DNA of 63,651 bases, the filler included, from Octopus bimaculoides (Eukaryota): assembly GCF_001194135.2 (NCBI RefSeq). It is 7 parts of 7 records of this genome, joined end to end, with 100 filler letters (N's around TTAATTAATTAA, not from the genome) between each part and the next. Parts side by side here need not be neighbours in the genome. Positions count along the whole stretch, not along the records: positions 62,475 to 63,651 come from NW_026317288.1; 6 more parts are not named here. One strand, written 5' to 3'. The position numbers and the translations under genes were made by a program. The notes beneath the pieces were generated by a model. That model saw only the letters and a program-made list of their open reading frames with translations, was not told the origin of the DNA and made no database searches. Positions 63,505 to 63,651 of this stretch are shown in pieces; position 1 is the first letter of the stretch; every line of letters begins with the position of its first letter.

Positions 63505-63651
63505 TTATTCTTTTACTTGTTTCAGTCATTTGACTGCGGCCATGCTGGAGCACCGCTTTTAGTCGAGCAAATCGACCCCAGGTCTTATTCTTTGTAAGCC
63601 TAGTATTTATTCTATCGGTCTCTTTTGCCGAACCGCTAAGTTACGGGGACG
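63505..63651 (-). mobile_element. SINE family A, 3' part (runs off the window)
   Basis: Reverse match to the family A tail. Confidence 0.85.

Noticed and set aside
1-63651. CRISPR arrays, operons or intact tRNA genes
   Set aside because: None seen; all tRNA-like A/B boxes belong to SINE heads and the repeats are eukaryotic micro/minisatellites.

Overview
Repeat-dense, AT-rich eukaryotic DNA with many N gaps. The (TA)n/(CA)n tracts and SINE/LINE families point to an octopus genome; this is inference from repeat content only. The 5' end holds at least five exons of a + strand cell-surface receptor gene: a 27-bp VNTR mucin stalk followed by a polycystin-1-like/GAIN-type region, with no GPS or TM exons visible. 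Most other sequence is mobile DNA: three tRNA-SINE families, RTE, CRE, CR1 and Penelope-like (PLE) retroelement pieces with minimal hammerhead-like motifs, a DD36E Tc1, mariner and maT remnants, and Helitron pieces. A 5S rRNA pseudogene is also present. Best leads: (1) a ~250-bp inverted repeat at 36.1-36.7 kb whose mismatches are overwhelmingly G.U on one strand, possibly genome-fixed ADAR hyper-editing; (2) a spacer-less palindrome with the same bias at 51.3 kb; (3) a pre-miRNA-like hairpin at 15.0 kb; (4) a CCAAT/E-box/TATA promoter leading into a 34-aa PPxY small ORF at 43.7-44.0 kb. All counts and alignments were done by eye.
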